Positions 51,228-63,370 of a stretch of DNA of 64,000 bases are shown here, in pieces; within the stretch, counting starts at the first letter, position 1; every line of letters begins with the position of its first letter. The notes under the pieces were generated by a model. That model searched no databases, was not told the origin of the DNA, and saw only the letters and a list, made by a program, of their open reading frames with translations. The position numbers and the translations under genes are program-made. Source of the stretch: Sphyrna mokarran (taxonomy: Eukaryota); contig JAGIQG010000011.1 in NCBI GenBank assembly GCA_024679065.1, positions 60,884,001 to 60,948,000 on the forward strand, in the 5' to 3' direction.

Positions 51228-52890
51228 GAACATAAAAAACATAAGAACTAGGAGCAGAAGTAGACCACATGGTCACTTGAGCCAGTTCTGCCATTTAGTA
51301 TGATTATCGTTGAACCTCACCCTCAACTCCATTTTCCTGTCTACTCTTAATATACTCCCTTCATCACGTGAGAGATCCAAAAACTATTTATCCCAATGCT
51401 AAATATATGTAATGATAGACATTTATAAACCTCTAAAGGGTGACAACACTCTTAGTGAAGAGATTTCTCCTCATTTCAGTGTTAAGTGATGAAATCCTTA
51501 TCCTGAGATTGTGCCCTCATGTTCTGAATTCTCCAGCCAGGAGAAAGAACATTTCATTGTCTCCCTTGTCAAGCCACTTCAGAATCTTGTATGTTTCAAT
51601 TGTTATTCTTTTCTCATGAAATGTGGGCAATGCAAACAAGGCCAGGATTTGTTGTCCATCCCAAATGCTTTTGAACTGAAGGACTTGCTAGGCAGGAATA
51701 AAGCACATTGTTGTGGGTCAGACCAAGTAGGGATGACAGATTTGCTGCCCAAAGAGCATTAGTGAACGAGTCGGGTACTTATGACAATCAAGTGGACTGT
51801 ACCAAACAGAATGAAATTAGTCTCCATATGCTTTGCTGTGTAGAAAGACAATAAGCAATGGTCAGGAAGTAGTTATGTGAAAATGATGCTTCTACCTAGA
51901 GTACAATGGTACTGCTGTTATGCTTTGATACAACTTTGGTACAGTGTTATCATTTGTTGCAAGGGAAATTGCATACAAGAGCTGGAAGATCATATTTCAC
52001 TTATACAGGAATATGTCTAGACTACTTTGTACAGTATTGGTTTCCGTACTTAATGGTCACCATTCCTAAGGCGAACTTTCAATTCTAAATTTTATGAATT
52101 GAATTTAAATTTCATCAGATGCCCCACTGTTTCCCTCATATTCTTCGAAACATCAGAGAGTATTTGTCCAATTTACTCAGCCTCTCATTATAGGGCAACT
52201 CTCTCATCCCAAGAAGCAATCTAATTAACCTTCACTTCACTGTCTCTAAGGCAAGTATAGATTTCCCTATATACGGAGACCAAAACTGCACACACTATTC
52301 TATATGTGGTTTTACCAAAGCCCAAGAAAATTGTGGCAAGATTTTCGAATTCTTGTACTCCAATCTCCTTGCAGTAAAGGCCAATGTGCAATTTGCTTTC
52401 CTAATTGATTGCTTTACCAACATTTCAGCTTTCTGAGTGGAGGAATTAGGGGAAAACAGTCAAGCCTTTGAATATCAACATTTAAAATATTTTGACTTTG
52501 AAAAAGTATTCTGCTTTTGCATTCTTACTTACAAAGCAAATAATTTCACACTCATGTTATTTTCCAGTTTTCACCTTGTTACCCCTTCAGTTAATCTGGC
52601 TATAACTTTTCATTCTCATCTAATTTTATATTGTCAGCAAACTTGGATGAATTATTCTCAGTCTTTTTACCAAAGTCCTTAACATAGAGAATAAATAGTT
52701 GCAAACGCAGCATTGACCCTTGGAGTGCTCCACTAGATACTAACTAGAAAATTTTCCATTTATCCTGGCTGTTTCCTTTTTGCCCATTTTCCAATCTTCC
52801 ATTAATGCTAACATATTAGCCTCAACTCTCAGAGTCCTAACTATCCATAACATCCTTTTGGTGACACCTTCGAAATCCAAGTACACTATA
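51228..52890 (-). mobile_element. CR1/HER1 LINE fragment with a nested SINE
   Basis: acataagaactaggagcagaagtagacc reverse tail; ggagaccaaaactgcacacacta (reverse of CVQFWSP); interrupted at ~51630-52130 by reverse SINE-like sequence. Confidence 0.75.
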
Positions 52891-55354
52891 TCCTCACTTT
52901 AATTTATCCCATCTAACCTTGTTTTGTTTTAATATCTTTTATTCTTCAGGGCTTTTTTTCTCTGATTTGCATCACTATTTTTGCTTTGACATTGGTTGCA
53001 CTCTGGCCTTGCCCCTCTGTGCTACGCTCTGGGCCAGGTCTGCTATGTGTGGACACTGGAATGACCACCGCTGTCACCAGATGGGAGAATGAGGCCTGAG
53101 ATTTGGGAGCAGGAGCACAAGGAAGTGAACCTGACTCAGAGGGTTGGCTAGAACTGTCACTGCCATTCAGAGATGTGATATGGGAGCTTGGGACAAGAAG
53201 CTGCTGACCAGGTAGTGCTACATAAGTGACTGGATCTTCTGATTCTATCTGTGGTCGCCAGCAGTTTAGTCTGTGTCTTCCTTTCCAGACCCAAACTGTG
53301 CCTCCTCCCCACTCTCACTCAAGATCAATTTGTGGCCTCCGTCCGCTCAGTCTGTGTCTCTCTCCAAACTGTGCCTCCTCCTCCACACTGGTTCAATCTG
53401 CAGCCGATCCAGTTTAATCTGCAACCAAAGCAAGGAGTCAGGAGGGTTCGCGATTTCAGAGAGTGAGAAAGTGGCAAAGAGGGAGAGAGAAAGACAGAAT
53501 GAGAAAGGAGAGAGCACGATGGTGGCGGGGGGATTTTTCTCTTCCATTTTTGGGATGAGAATAAGGATTGACAGCAGGGACAGGAAATCCTATGGAAGTC
53601 CCAAAATGTGTTTATTCTAATGGGGTTTCCTGTTGCGGTTGCACCCCTTTCCCCCACCACCAATGATGTAATTGGTATTCTGACATCATCAGGACCCCCA
53701 TTTGAATATATTTAAATATAATTATCAGGCTTTTTTGCCTGATAGTTGACCCTCTCACCCTAGCCCCACTGCCCCAACCCCTTAAATTGTCCATTCATGT
53801 CAGCATGAGGGCATACCAATGTAAATCATGGTAGCTTTCCCAAGACATGCACCTTGCAAGCAGAACCTGCAGAGGCGCACATATGTGTACAGCCCCCAGA
53901 GCAAGCAGAGGATTATGCCTGGACAGTACCCTGGCATTGATGCTTGGCACTCCCTCAGCATTTCCCTGTTCTTCCTTCCAGGCACAGTGTTCCATGGGGG
54001 CAGGTGCAGAATTCCATGGGGGATGTTTTCCATAGAGGTTGGCCATGTGAGTGTGGTTCTGTGTCCATGATCGGGGGGGGGGCTGTGTCATGAAGTGGAT
54101 TTTGAAAGCAGCTGCAAGGGAGCGAGGATGTTTTCTATCTTTATTTAAAATATTGGCGCCCTTTCATTTTGATTATGAGCCAAAAAGTGAGACAGAGGAA
54201 GCTGCCCCTGGGTCAAGCAGCCTCCACTCCATTTCTCAAGTCCCCTGCGATAACTCTGCTCAAAATCAGAAAATTCTACACACAGCAGCGGGAAAAGACA
54301 GGAAGTGCGGAAAAGGGAAGAAAGAGACAGAGTGGAAAGAAGAGAGGGGATGAGAGGGACACAATGGGGAAGAATAAAGAGAGAGAGAGAGAGAGCAAGG
54401 CAGATTGTGAAAAGAGAGAAAGCCAAATTGGGTTTGCTGAAAGAGGATGGGTGACCCCGAAATTAATGCAGAGACTGCTGGGTACAGAGATGGACAGGGC
54501 ACAAAGTTTTCCTTTGAACTCAGTCATTATTTGTTTGTTAAAGGAAGAGCTTTATTTTCTTCTGCTTTAAAATAATTTATCTCTGAATTTTTGGTTATTT
54601 TCCGAAACACAGATTTGAAATATAACAAACCATTGCGTTCACACATTTTGCAAGCAGCTAAATCAGTCGATAAACAGTCAAAAATGATGAATGTTTTATG
54701 TATTAAAATAGGGAGTGGGCCAGGCTTTATCAAAATTACCAAAACAGCATTAACCAAAGCTCATTTTACAGCCATGAATATAGGAGTTAGCTATCTTGAT
54801 TGAAATGAATGGAGTTCTGACCCAGATTTTGATGGCAACCCCGACCTGACCTGATTCCTGCTGGTAGTCCTGACCTGATCTGACTCCTGCCGGCAGCAAA
54901 CACATTCAAATGGATGAACTTACAACTGACTAGCCTGCCACAAATTAATTTACTTGTGTCTATCAGCTGTTTACTGCTGACAAGTCAGCCACTTTCAATC
55001 GGATGAGGATACGCAGAGAAATACGCAGCATTGAGCACAAGAAGCTTAGCCTATTCTGAGTCCCCGTGCGATTATTCCATGATGTGCTTCACTCCAAGCC
55101 ACCATCCATCAATCAATTAAGAAATACCAGTCCTTTTTCCTTTTGTCTCCATTGAAAAGAATCATGTTGTTTATAGCTCTGTAACCCTCCATCCTTTTTC
55201 TCAAACGATTCTGAGCAATTGCCTTTGAAAGTTTTCGATTAAATTCAAGTTGTCAGTTTGGTTTGGTTGGTAGCATTCTCACCTCTAGATCAGAAAGGAC
55301 CTGGAATCAAACCACACCCCAAATTGATCATTTAGTACAAAAGCCAGGGAATAT

Positions 55355-55495
55355 TATAAGGTAGGCACTATCGGCAGCCTTGTATTTATAGACCCAAACT
55401 ATTTGCTCACCAGGCAAGCTTGATGCTGAAATAGGTACATCATTGAGACCTGTGGGTTAATAACTATCATAATCAGATTATTTTATAACTCTATA
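55355..55495 (+). mobile_element. Penelope-like element fragment (RT thumb region)
   Basis: With indels reads YKVGTIGSLV...QTICSPGKLDAEIGYII...NNYHNQII; it is an inverted copy of 55660-55795. Confidence 0.75.
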
Positions 55496-55654
55496 ACCTT
55501 CCTTCCTTTATCTCAAATGATATTGAGCCAGTTGCCTTTAAAAGGGAATACTGTATTTGTCAAATTAGATGTAAAACCATGATGGTTGCAAAAATTTCCA
55601 TTAAACTCTTCGGAGAAACTCAGGAAAATTATCTAGGTGTGCTAACCAACGTAT

Positions 55655-55869
55655 TTACAGTGCAAGATAATCTGATCAAGATAGCTATTAACCCGCAGAG
55701 TGTCTATGATGTGCCCCATTTCAGCGTCAAGCTTGCCTGGTGAGCAAATAGTTTGGGTCTATATTTACAAGGTTCCCAATAAAGTCAACTTTATAGGACC
55801 TGAAACTGTAAGGATCCCAAGGCGAGTGAATGTAGGGTTGTGGTAGAACATGGTAGAGAGTCTTCTATC
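55655..55869 (-). mobile_element. Penelope-like element, RT C-terminal part
   Basis: Minus strand: DRRLSTMFYHNPTFT (TxVYRKPT motif), WDPYS...YKVDFIGNLVN...QTICSPGKLDAEMG...NSYLDQII. Confidence 0.8.
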
Positions 55870-57587
55870 AATCTCTTCCTGAAGAGATTGGTGAGGCACT
55901 GAATAAATATTTCTCTTCGGTATTCACGCAGAGTGCTGGAAATGTAGCTATGGAGAGCACTGAGGTACAGGTTGCAAATTGGGAAGTATTGTAGTAGATA
56001 GGGAGGATGTGTTAGAAATTCTCGAGGGTTTGAAGTTGGATAAGTCCCCTGGGCCGGACGGGATTTACCTAGGATTCTCTGGGAGGCAAGAGAGGAGATT
56101 GCAGAGCCTCTGGCTCTGATCTTCAGGTCCTCGTTGGTTACGGGTGTGGTTCCGGAGGACTGGAGGATGGCGAATGTGGTCCCATTGTTTAAGAAGGGGA
56201 AGAGAGACCTTCCTGGGAATTATAGGCCAGTGAGTCTTACTTCTGTTGTGGGCATGGTATTGGAGAGAATTATTAGGGATAGGATTTATAGTTATTTAGA
56301 GAGAAATGAATTGATTGGGGATAGTCAGCATGGTTTCGTGAAGGGTAGGTCATGCCTTACTAACCTCATTGAGTTTTTTGAGAAAGTGACCAGAGAGGTG
56401 GATGGGGGTAAGGCGGTTGATGTAGTATATATGGACTTTAGTAAGGCGTTTGATAAGGTGGCCCATGGAAGACTTCTACAGAAAATGCAGATGTGTGGAA
56501 TAGAGGGTGATTTAGCTAATTGGATTAGGAATTGGCTGGCAGATAGAAGACAGAGGGTGGTGGTTGATGGGAGATATTCATCGTGGAGTTCGGTGACGAG
56601 TGGTGTGCCTCAGGGGTCTGTTTTGGGGCCCCTGCTGTTTGTAATTTTTATAAATGATCTGGATGAGGGTATTGAGGGATGGATCAGTAAATTTGCAGAT
56701 GATACTAAAGTTGGTGGTGTGGTAGATAGTGAAGAGGGGTGTTTTAGTTTACAGAGTGACTTGGACAAGTTGCAGAGCTGGGCCGAGAGGTGGCAAATGG
56801 AGTTTAATGTGGAAAAGTGTGAGGTAATGCACTTTGGCAGGAACAATAAATGTGTAGAGTATAGGGCTAATGGTAGGGCTCTTAATAGTGTTGAGGAACA
56901 GAAGGATCTTGGTGTATGTGTCAATAGATCCCTGAAAGTAGGCAGTCAAGTGGATAAAGTTGTTAAGAAGGCTTATGGAGTCTTAGCTTTTATTGGTAGG
57001 GGGATTGAATTTAGGAGCCGCAGCATCATGTTGCAGCTGTACAAAACTCTAGTGCGGCCGCACTTGGAGTATTGTGTGCAGTTCTGGTCGCCACATTATA
57101 AGAAAGATGTGGAGGCATTGGAGAGGGTACAGAGGAGGTTTACCAGGATGTTGCCTGGTATGGAGGGCAGGTCCTATGAAGAGAGGTTGAAGGATTTGAG
57201 GTTGTTTTCGTTAGAAAGGAGGCGGCTAAGAGGGGATCTTATTGAAGCATATAAGATGATTAGAGGTTTAGATAGGGTGGACAGTGATAGCCTTTTTCCT
57301 AGGATGGAGAAAGCTAGCACGAGGGGACACAGCTTTAAATTAAGGGGTATGAGTTATAGGACGGATATCAGAGGTAGGTTCTTTACTCAAAGAGTGATTA
57401 GGGAGTGGAATGCCCTGCCTGCAGCTGTTGTAGATGCGCCAAGTTTGGTGGCGTTTAAGAGGTTAATTGATAAGTATATGGAAGAGAAGGGAATGGTTTA
57501 GTTTGGAGGGGCATTGCTTTTTATTTTGGTCGGCACAACATCGAAGGCCGAAGGGCCTGTTCTGTGCTGTATTGTTCTATGTTCTAT
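55870..57587 (+). mobile_element. Young 5'-truncated CR1/HER1 LINE
   Basis: EEIGEALNKYFSSVFT, DKSPGPDGI (frameshift ~56068), then an uninterrupted RT frame to the stop at 57501; (gttctat)2 tail ends at 57587. Confidence 0.96.
56134..57501 (+). pseudogene. CR1 ORF2 reverse-transcriptase domain (open frame, no endonuclease, no true start codon)
   Basis: NYRPVSLTS, QHGF, DFSKAFD, GVPQGSVLGP, FADD and YCVQFWSP motifs; the predicted ORF begins at TTG. Confidence 0.92.
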
Positions 57588-57975
57588 AGGTTTCTCAACA
57601 AGTACATTAGGAAAATAAGTTAATTAGACTGTTCCATTTCAAAAATGAATTTGAGTGCAGGATGGAGCCCATTGAGAGATGCAAGGAAATTATTACATGT
57701 TCTTATGGATTTGAATATAGCAAATGTTTCTCTATGTTGGGAAATTTTCAAGGAGTAGGAGTTAAGTGTCATTCCATTGAGGGTATAGTTCTCTTGCAGC
57801 CCTTGCTTGCAACCCAATGAAAGTGTTTGAGATATCAGAGGCCTCCTTAAGTGAAACTTTGGTAAATAAGCTAGCATTGTCAAATGAGCGCGTGGACACA
57901 ATATCACTACCAATGTGCAAGTCCTCTATGGTCTTCCTAAATGTGAAAGAATCCTTCAACATGTTTCTGGGAAAT
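57588..57975 (-). mobile_element. Penelope-like element, RT core remnant
   Basis: Minus strand: KDSFTF...SFDNASLFTKVSLKE and FLASLNGLHPALKFIFEMEQSN...FL...VLVEKP, typical Penelope RT motifs. Confidence 0.85.
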
Positions 57976-57984
57976 TTATTCAAA

Positions 57985-58530
57985 GCTGACAATGACTACC
58001 CAGATCATATCATTTCATGCTGTGTATTGGGCTAACTCATGAACAGGCCCAAGGTTATCATTTACGATCTTGAACAACGCCAAGTCTACCTCATATTACC
58101 CTGGATGGTTAAGGTATCTTTAAAAAATGAGTAGCAGGTGGAGCAGTAGTAATATGAGTAGATGCTGCCGTCAAGCCAAAAAGACATTCTACCTATCACA
58201 TAAATAAGTAATGTGGTATATGAATTTCAATGCCAGTACGATATTAAGTATGAAAGCCATATGTTACGAAGACTGGCAAATCATATCAAACAACATCCCT
58301 TCACTTGTTTGAAATAGATAAGGTACAGACCATAGTCAATCCAGCATGTTAAATGTGATTTTGCGATTGGCCAACATACGCTAAATAATTCTCAGTGTGC
58401 TATATGTTACACTGGCAACCAATTTAAGATTGTCAGTTATGGTTTCGGTAGAGTGCATTTGTATGTACTGGAAGCTACACACATTATTACGCAGGACACT
58501 GCTGTTTGTAGCCAGAAAGAACATGTACAC
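57985..58530 (+). mobile_element. Penelope-like element, linker plus GIY-YIG endonuclease remnant
   Basis: Plus strand: NDYPDHII, VYLILPW, SNVVYEFQCQYDIKY...RRLANHIKQH (from 58207), CDFAIGQH, LEATHI. Confidence 0.85.
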
Positions 58531-58535
58531 ATATT

Positions 58536-59116
58536 GGGTGGAATTTTACAAGCCTTTTTCTAAGTGTTGGGCAGGTATGAAACTGGGAGAGTTCCAAATC
58601 TGTTTTTTGGGAGCATTTTCAGACCCCAATCTATCTTTAAAATTTTGGGCAATTCCTTTTCTTCTACAGAAGGCAGTGGGTGGGTCTTAACACACCTAAA
58701 AACCTACAGCTGCGATTGGAGTCTCAAACTGCGCATGCACAGCGCAAAAATACTTCCCTGCTAGATCCCTCCCAGGTCAAATGCAGTCTTCCTCGGCCCC
58801 CAAGGACATTGGTCATCCCCCCAACATTAGAATCTAGTGATTGGGAAGCTGGTGATGGAGGGGTCAGTCTGCAAGCATCGATAACCCTACTGGCTGATCA
58901 GTGCATTCACAGTGGCCCGCTCAGTGTGCTGATGCCGGACTCTTGGGCAGGATTAAATCCTCTCCCTTTCCAGGCATAAATCCCTCAGCGACACTTTGTG
59001 ATGCATAAAGTGCCGCAAATCCATTCCACTAAGCGAGGCCAAAAAACTGGCAGGAAAATCTTCCTCTTTCCTGACCTTTGGGCACTTAGTTTTTTTGGGG
59101 GGGAATATCACCCCCA
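58536..59116. mobile_element. Probable Harbinger-type MITE
   Basis: GC-richer block bounded by gggtggaattttac and gggaatatcaccccc; weak TIR match, no clear TSD. Confidence 0.4.
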
Positions 59117-59813
59117 ACAAATTTGATCATAATACAGTATTCCTCCACTTCTACTTATCTTCAGAAATGTAGGCAGATTATAAGAATAACACATCCCAAA
59201 ATATATATTATGCTATAGTGTTCTCAGTAAATACATGGATTCTGTGAACCAAGAGGATATTTGTGATCAGTCACATCCTACTCTGAAATCAAGTGGTAGA
59301 TGCCACTCAATGGACCTTCAGTGGATTTCTCCTTAAATCCCTCCAGATGATTATCACACAGATGTTTCCAAACTTCACTCCTAAAAGAACTTCCTTAGAA
59401 TCCTCTTCAAAACAACACTCTCATCTACTTTCAGCAAAGGTTAGCTTTCAAAATTTCCAACTTGTCTTTCAGTATTCCTCCATCTTGAATTGTCATGTGC
59501 ATTCAAGCCCTCAGGTAATTGGCCAATAACAGAACACCAAGCTGTACTAAGGTCACAAATCTGAGGATTGCTTCAGACATTTGGCTTCTCTCCAGCCAAC
59601 TCTATCAGATCTTCACATTTCAGCTCTGTCTTTAACTTCAATGAATAACACCTTGTTTGAATTCCAGTTCCCTTTTGTTCTTTTGACTTCAATCTTCCCT
59701 GGAACTTTCTTTTTCATTCCCTGGTTTCTCAAACTAACTGTCCTTTAGTTTCTACGACCTGTTTTCTTACCTATTAATTGACAATTCTAATTCTGTTTCT
59801 GGCAGAGCTGTGA

Positions 59814-59849
59814 GAGTTGCTCCCTTTTGAGTTGCTCCCTTTTGAGTTG
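59814..59849. repeat. 15-bp tandem repeat x2.4
   Basis: gagttgctccctttt gagttgctccctttt gagttg. Confidence 0.85.
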
Positions 59850-60120
59850 TTTAACTTCTTTGCTTTAGATTCAGTTATAACTAAACTTAAAGGGTCTTTT
59901 GAATTTAAAAGATGGCCCCTAGTTGCTAAGCAACAGCTCATGCTTCTTTTAGCTCCTGTTTGCCTTTCACATCATAAACTTACTAAACATACTAGACAGT
60001 GTTTAAAATAAAACCACAACCCCTCAACATGCAAAAACATTTGTTTAACATGAACTTACCTAAAGTTTTAACCCTTTCTTACACAGAAACACTAAATTAA
60101 ACTCACTTAAATCTATAATA

Positions 60121-60312
60121 AAAGCAAATCACTGTGAATGCTGGATTCAGGAACGAAAACAGAACATGTTGAAAAATCTCAGCAGATCTGACAGCACCTG
60201 TGGAGAGAGAATAGAGCTAATGTTTAGAATCAAGATGATGGTTAATCTAGACTCAAAATGTTAGGTCTATTGTCTCTTCATAGATGCTGAGATTTTCCAG
60301 CATTTTTTGTGT
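60121..60312. repeat. Inverted pair of the hammerhead-type repeat seen at 37650
   Basis: 60121-60235 is a reverse copy and 60240-60312 a forward copy (tagactcaaaatgttag...agatgctgagattttccagcatt). Confidence 0.7.
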
Positions 60313-60379
60313 CACTTAAATTTACACCTTATTTCTAATATCCAAGCATACAAACATAGATCACTTAAAACTGTCTGCT

Positions 60380-60760
60380 CCCTGACACTATGAATGAGAT
60401 TAATGATTAATCCATTCTCATTACTTATTTCAGGTCTCAACTACTTTACTCCCTGTTTGTCTCTAGACTGTGCTACTTGAAGAATTTGTCTCATACACAT
60501 TCTATAATCTCATTTTCCAGGCTACCTTTGCCAAACTGATTCATCCTATCTACATGCAGATTAAAGTTACCCATGACTAGTTTTAAGGGGTCTAAAGATT
60601 TCTCCCAAAGTGATTTCTTACCTTCCCTGTTTCTTGTCTTTATCCAAACTGATTCTACATCTTGTTCTTTTGAGTTAAGGTAATCTCTCACTAATGTGCT
60701 ATTGACATCCTTAATGCAAGTTCTTTCTCTTTTTAAAACCCAACCTTTTCCAAATGTCTG
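60380..60760 (-). mobile_element. CR1 endonuclease-domain remnant
   Basis: QDVESVWIKTRNREGKKSL and LVMGNFNLHVD (GDFN motif). Confidence 0.7.
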
Positions 60761-62227
60761 CCCTGTAAATCTTTAGCTTTATTTGAGGCCTGTGAGCTTT
60801 TACTTGTTTCCTCAAATTCAATGTCCAGTTAAATATTTTTCTTACATCAACCTTATTTATGCCCATTATTGTTATATTTAAAGACAAGTTATGTCCTGCT
60901 CCAATTTATTTTTCTGGCAAGAATGAATTCAGTTATTTAATGCTTCACATATTAGTTCCATACAGTTCAAATCATTGTGGTCACTTTTCTCTGAACCTTT
61001 TCCAATGCACCTTCGTCTTTTTCAGGCAGGGCAACCAAAACCGCATTGCATAACAGAACTAGACTCAGCAATGACCTGTGCATTGTCAGTATAAGTTATC
61101 TTAAATGTAATCCAATGCTCACCAGATGTATCCCTGTAAATGCTTCATATTAACCAGATTCTTTCAAATTATGATCAGCGATCATTTCCAAAGTCTTTCA
61201 TCTTTTTCAGCTATTGCCAGTGGAAGCATTGTACCTGTGAATCACTGAAATAGTAGACAAGATGGTACTATTTTGCTTGACCCTGAGTTTACCCCCTTAA
61301 TTAAATTTGTTATTTTAATTACTTTTTAAACATTATTTTATTTAAAACCAATTTGACCAACCACGCTATCATTTTAATGGTGATGTCCTTTAGAGAATGG
61401 CACTTACTTAATCTCACTATAGGTTAGATTAATTATAAATTCCTCCAACCTTCTTATAATAGGACCAAAATGATTACTATGATTTGTTCTTGTATTAATC
61501 CATACTTATCCACATTAGTGGCCAAATGTAATATCTGAGACATTATTTTAAATGGTGGAAAACTATGAAGAGAGTGAATTTCCTTTCTATTTATAACTTA
61601 CCTAAATAGTATTGTGCTATGAAGGCATGTAACAGTGCTGTTTTAAATACATGCTCTCCAACATATTTCCAAATAGTGTAAACTAATCACCAAGGATAGA
61701 TCTTTGTCAAACATTTCTGATTACTTTTCCCATGTAGAGCACCTGTAATATATTTAGCCATTGGATGTTCTGGCCCAGTCATCTTTCTCTTCCCACCCTG
61801 CTGCAATTCATTGGTGAATCTGCGGTGGAAATGCACCTAGCAGTGGCTGCATCTAGCATGAAAGGGATGGAATTATGTAAATTAAATTTAATTTGGTGAA
61901 ATGTATACTCTGACGCATTTCCCCATAATGGTGATGTTTAACATTGGTTGCAAGCGTTGCTTGTTTGACTTAGGTTTCCATCTTTCTCCTCATAGTGAAA
62001 GGAGTCATAATGTAATTTGTAACAGGGACCGTGCAAACTTGGACAAAGCATAGATTTGCACAATTCAAGAAAGATGACCTGCAATTAAAAAAGTAGTTGG
62101 TAAATTCATGGCTTGTGGCTGTTGCTGGCTGGTCAGCATTTATTACCAATCCTTAATTTCCCTTAGGAAAGTGATGGTGATCTGCCTTCTTACACTGCTG
62201 CCTTCTATATAGTGTAGGTATGGTGTT

Positions 62228-62478
62228 GGGATGGCACAGTAGCACAGTCATTAACACTGCTGCCTCACAGCTCCAGGGATCCAGGTTCAATTCCTGACTT
62301 GGGTCACAGCCTGTACAGAGTCTGCACCTTCTCCCTCTGTAGGTGTGGGTTTCCTTCGGATGCTCCAATTTCCTCCTACAGTTTGAAAGACTGGTGCTGG
62401 TTAGGTGCACTGGCCAAGCTAAGCTCTCCCTCAGTGTACCCAAATGGCCACCAGTGTGACGATTAGGGGATTTTCACA
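62228..62478 (+). mobile_element. V-SINE variant (same tail type as 42267, truncated)
   Basis: ggcacagtagcacagtcattaacactgctgcctcacagctccagggatccaggttcaattcc head; ends in agtgtgacgattaggggattttcaca. Confidence 0.85.
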
Positions 62479-62704
62479 TAAATCAGGCAGACTGCGTATG
62501 TGGATGCCTGAAAACGAATCTAAAAGTCGGATCTGAAACACTCCCAGTCTCAGGCAGAATGGTAGTGGACCCTCCTTCTCCCCCTGCCCCGCACATCTCA
62601 AGCAAGAATGACAGTGAACCCTACCCCCATCACTGGCCTCCCTCCTTCCTCCACCAATCCAGACTGTGTAGTGGCAACGGGATCTGTCATACACATTGAT
62701 CACC

Positions 62705-62875
62705 CCTAAGATTATGCTTTAATTGTACGGGACACTGGTAAGACCATATCTGGAGTATTGTGTACGGTCTCCTAATTTAGGGAAAGAAGCAATTTGGAGA
62801 AGGTTTACTGAAATAATACCAGACTGGGTGAGTTGTTTTATGAGAAAATATTGGACAGGTTAGGCTTGTATCCAT
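62705..62875 (+). mobile_element. CR1 ORF2 fragment
   Basis: LYGTLVRPYLEYCV. Confidence 0.75.
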
Positions 62876-62879
62876 TAGA

Positions 62880-63370
62880 TCACCCCACCAGAGGCCTGGA
62901 CCCCATCAGGCCCACCGCCTTGGCACTGCAATACGCCTGATGGGCAGTGCCGAGATGCCCCTAGGTTTTGGCATTGGGCAATGCTGGAGGCCCAGGCTGG
63001 CACTACCAAAGTGCCAATGCCTGGAGGCACCCATCCCAGTGCCGAACGCTCTAGAGGGGAGCTCGATTGCCCCCCCCCCCTCACCTCAGTGGTGTCGGGC
63101 CGCCAGCTCCTCGCAAGTGGGGAGCTATTGTAAACCCCATTGGAGTGAACCACTCCTGGCAGGTGGGGAGTGGTTCATTTATGTCCTGGGCCTGCTAATA
63201 GCATTTAAAATATATTTAAATTAACATGTGCATACTTAATCAGCTCCGTGCCTATTTTCAGTAGGGAGTTGGCGGCACTGGAGATTTGGCATTGGGAGAC
63301 ATGCTTAGAGCTGGACACCCAGGGCAGATTGTGCTAATCTGGCCCCACTTAAATTGTAGAGAATCACCCC
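62880..63370. mobile_element. GC-rich Harbinger-type MITE fragment
   Basis: Repeated ttggcact/agtgcc motifs and a TIR-like end tagagaatcacccc at ~63357-63370. Confidence 0.45.

Noticed and set aside
56134-57501. Stand-alone or domesticated reverse transcriptase gene (retron-like)
   Set aside because: It has a CR1 tail, a 5' truncation, an upstream frameshift and no ATG start; it is simply a young LINE copy.
59910-59934. CTCF-like and RFX-like palindrome gttgctaagcaac
   Set aside because: Weak match, and probably inside an unclassified repeat.
27574-62478. tRNA-like sequences
   Set aside because: All are SINE heads with degenerate cloverleafs followed by SINE bodies; none is a tRNA gene.
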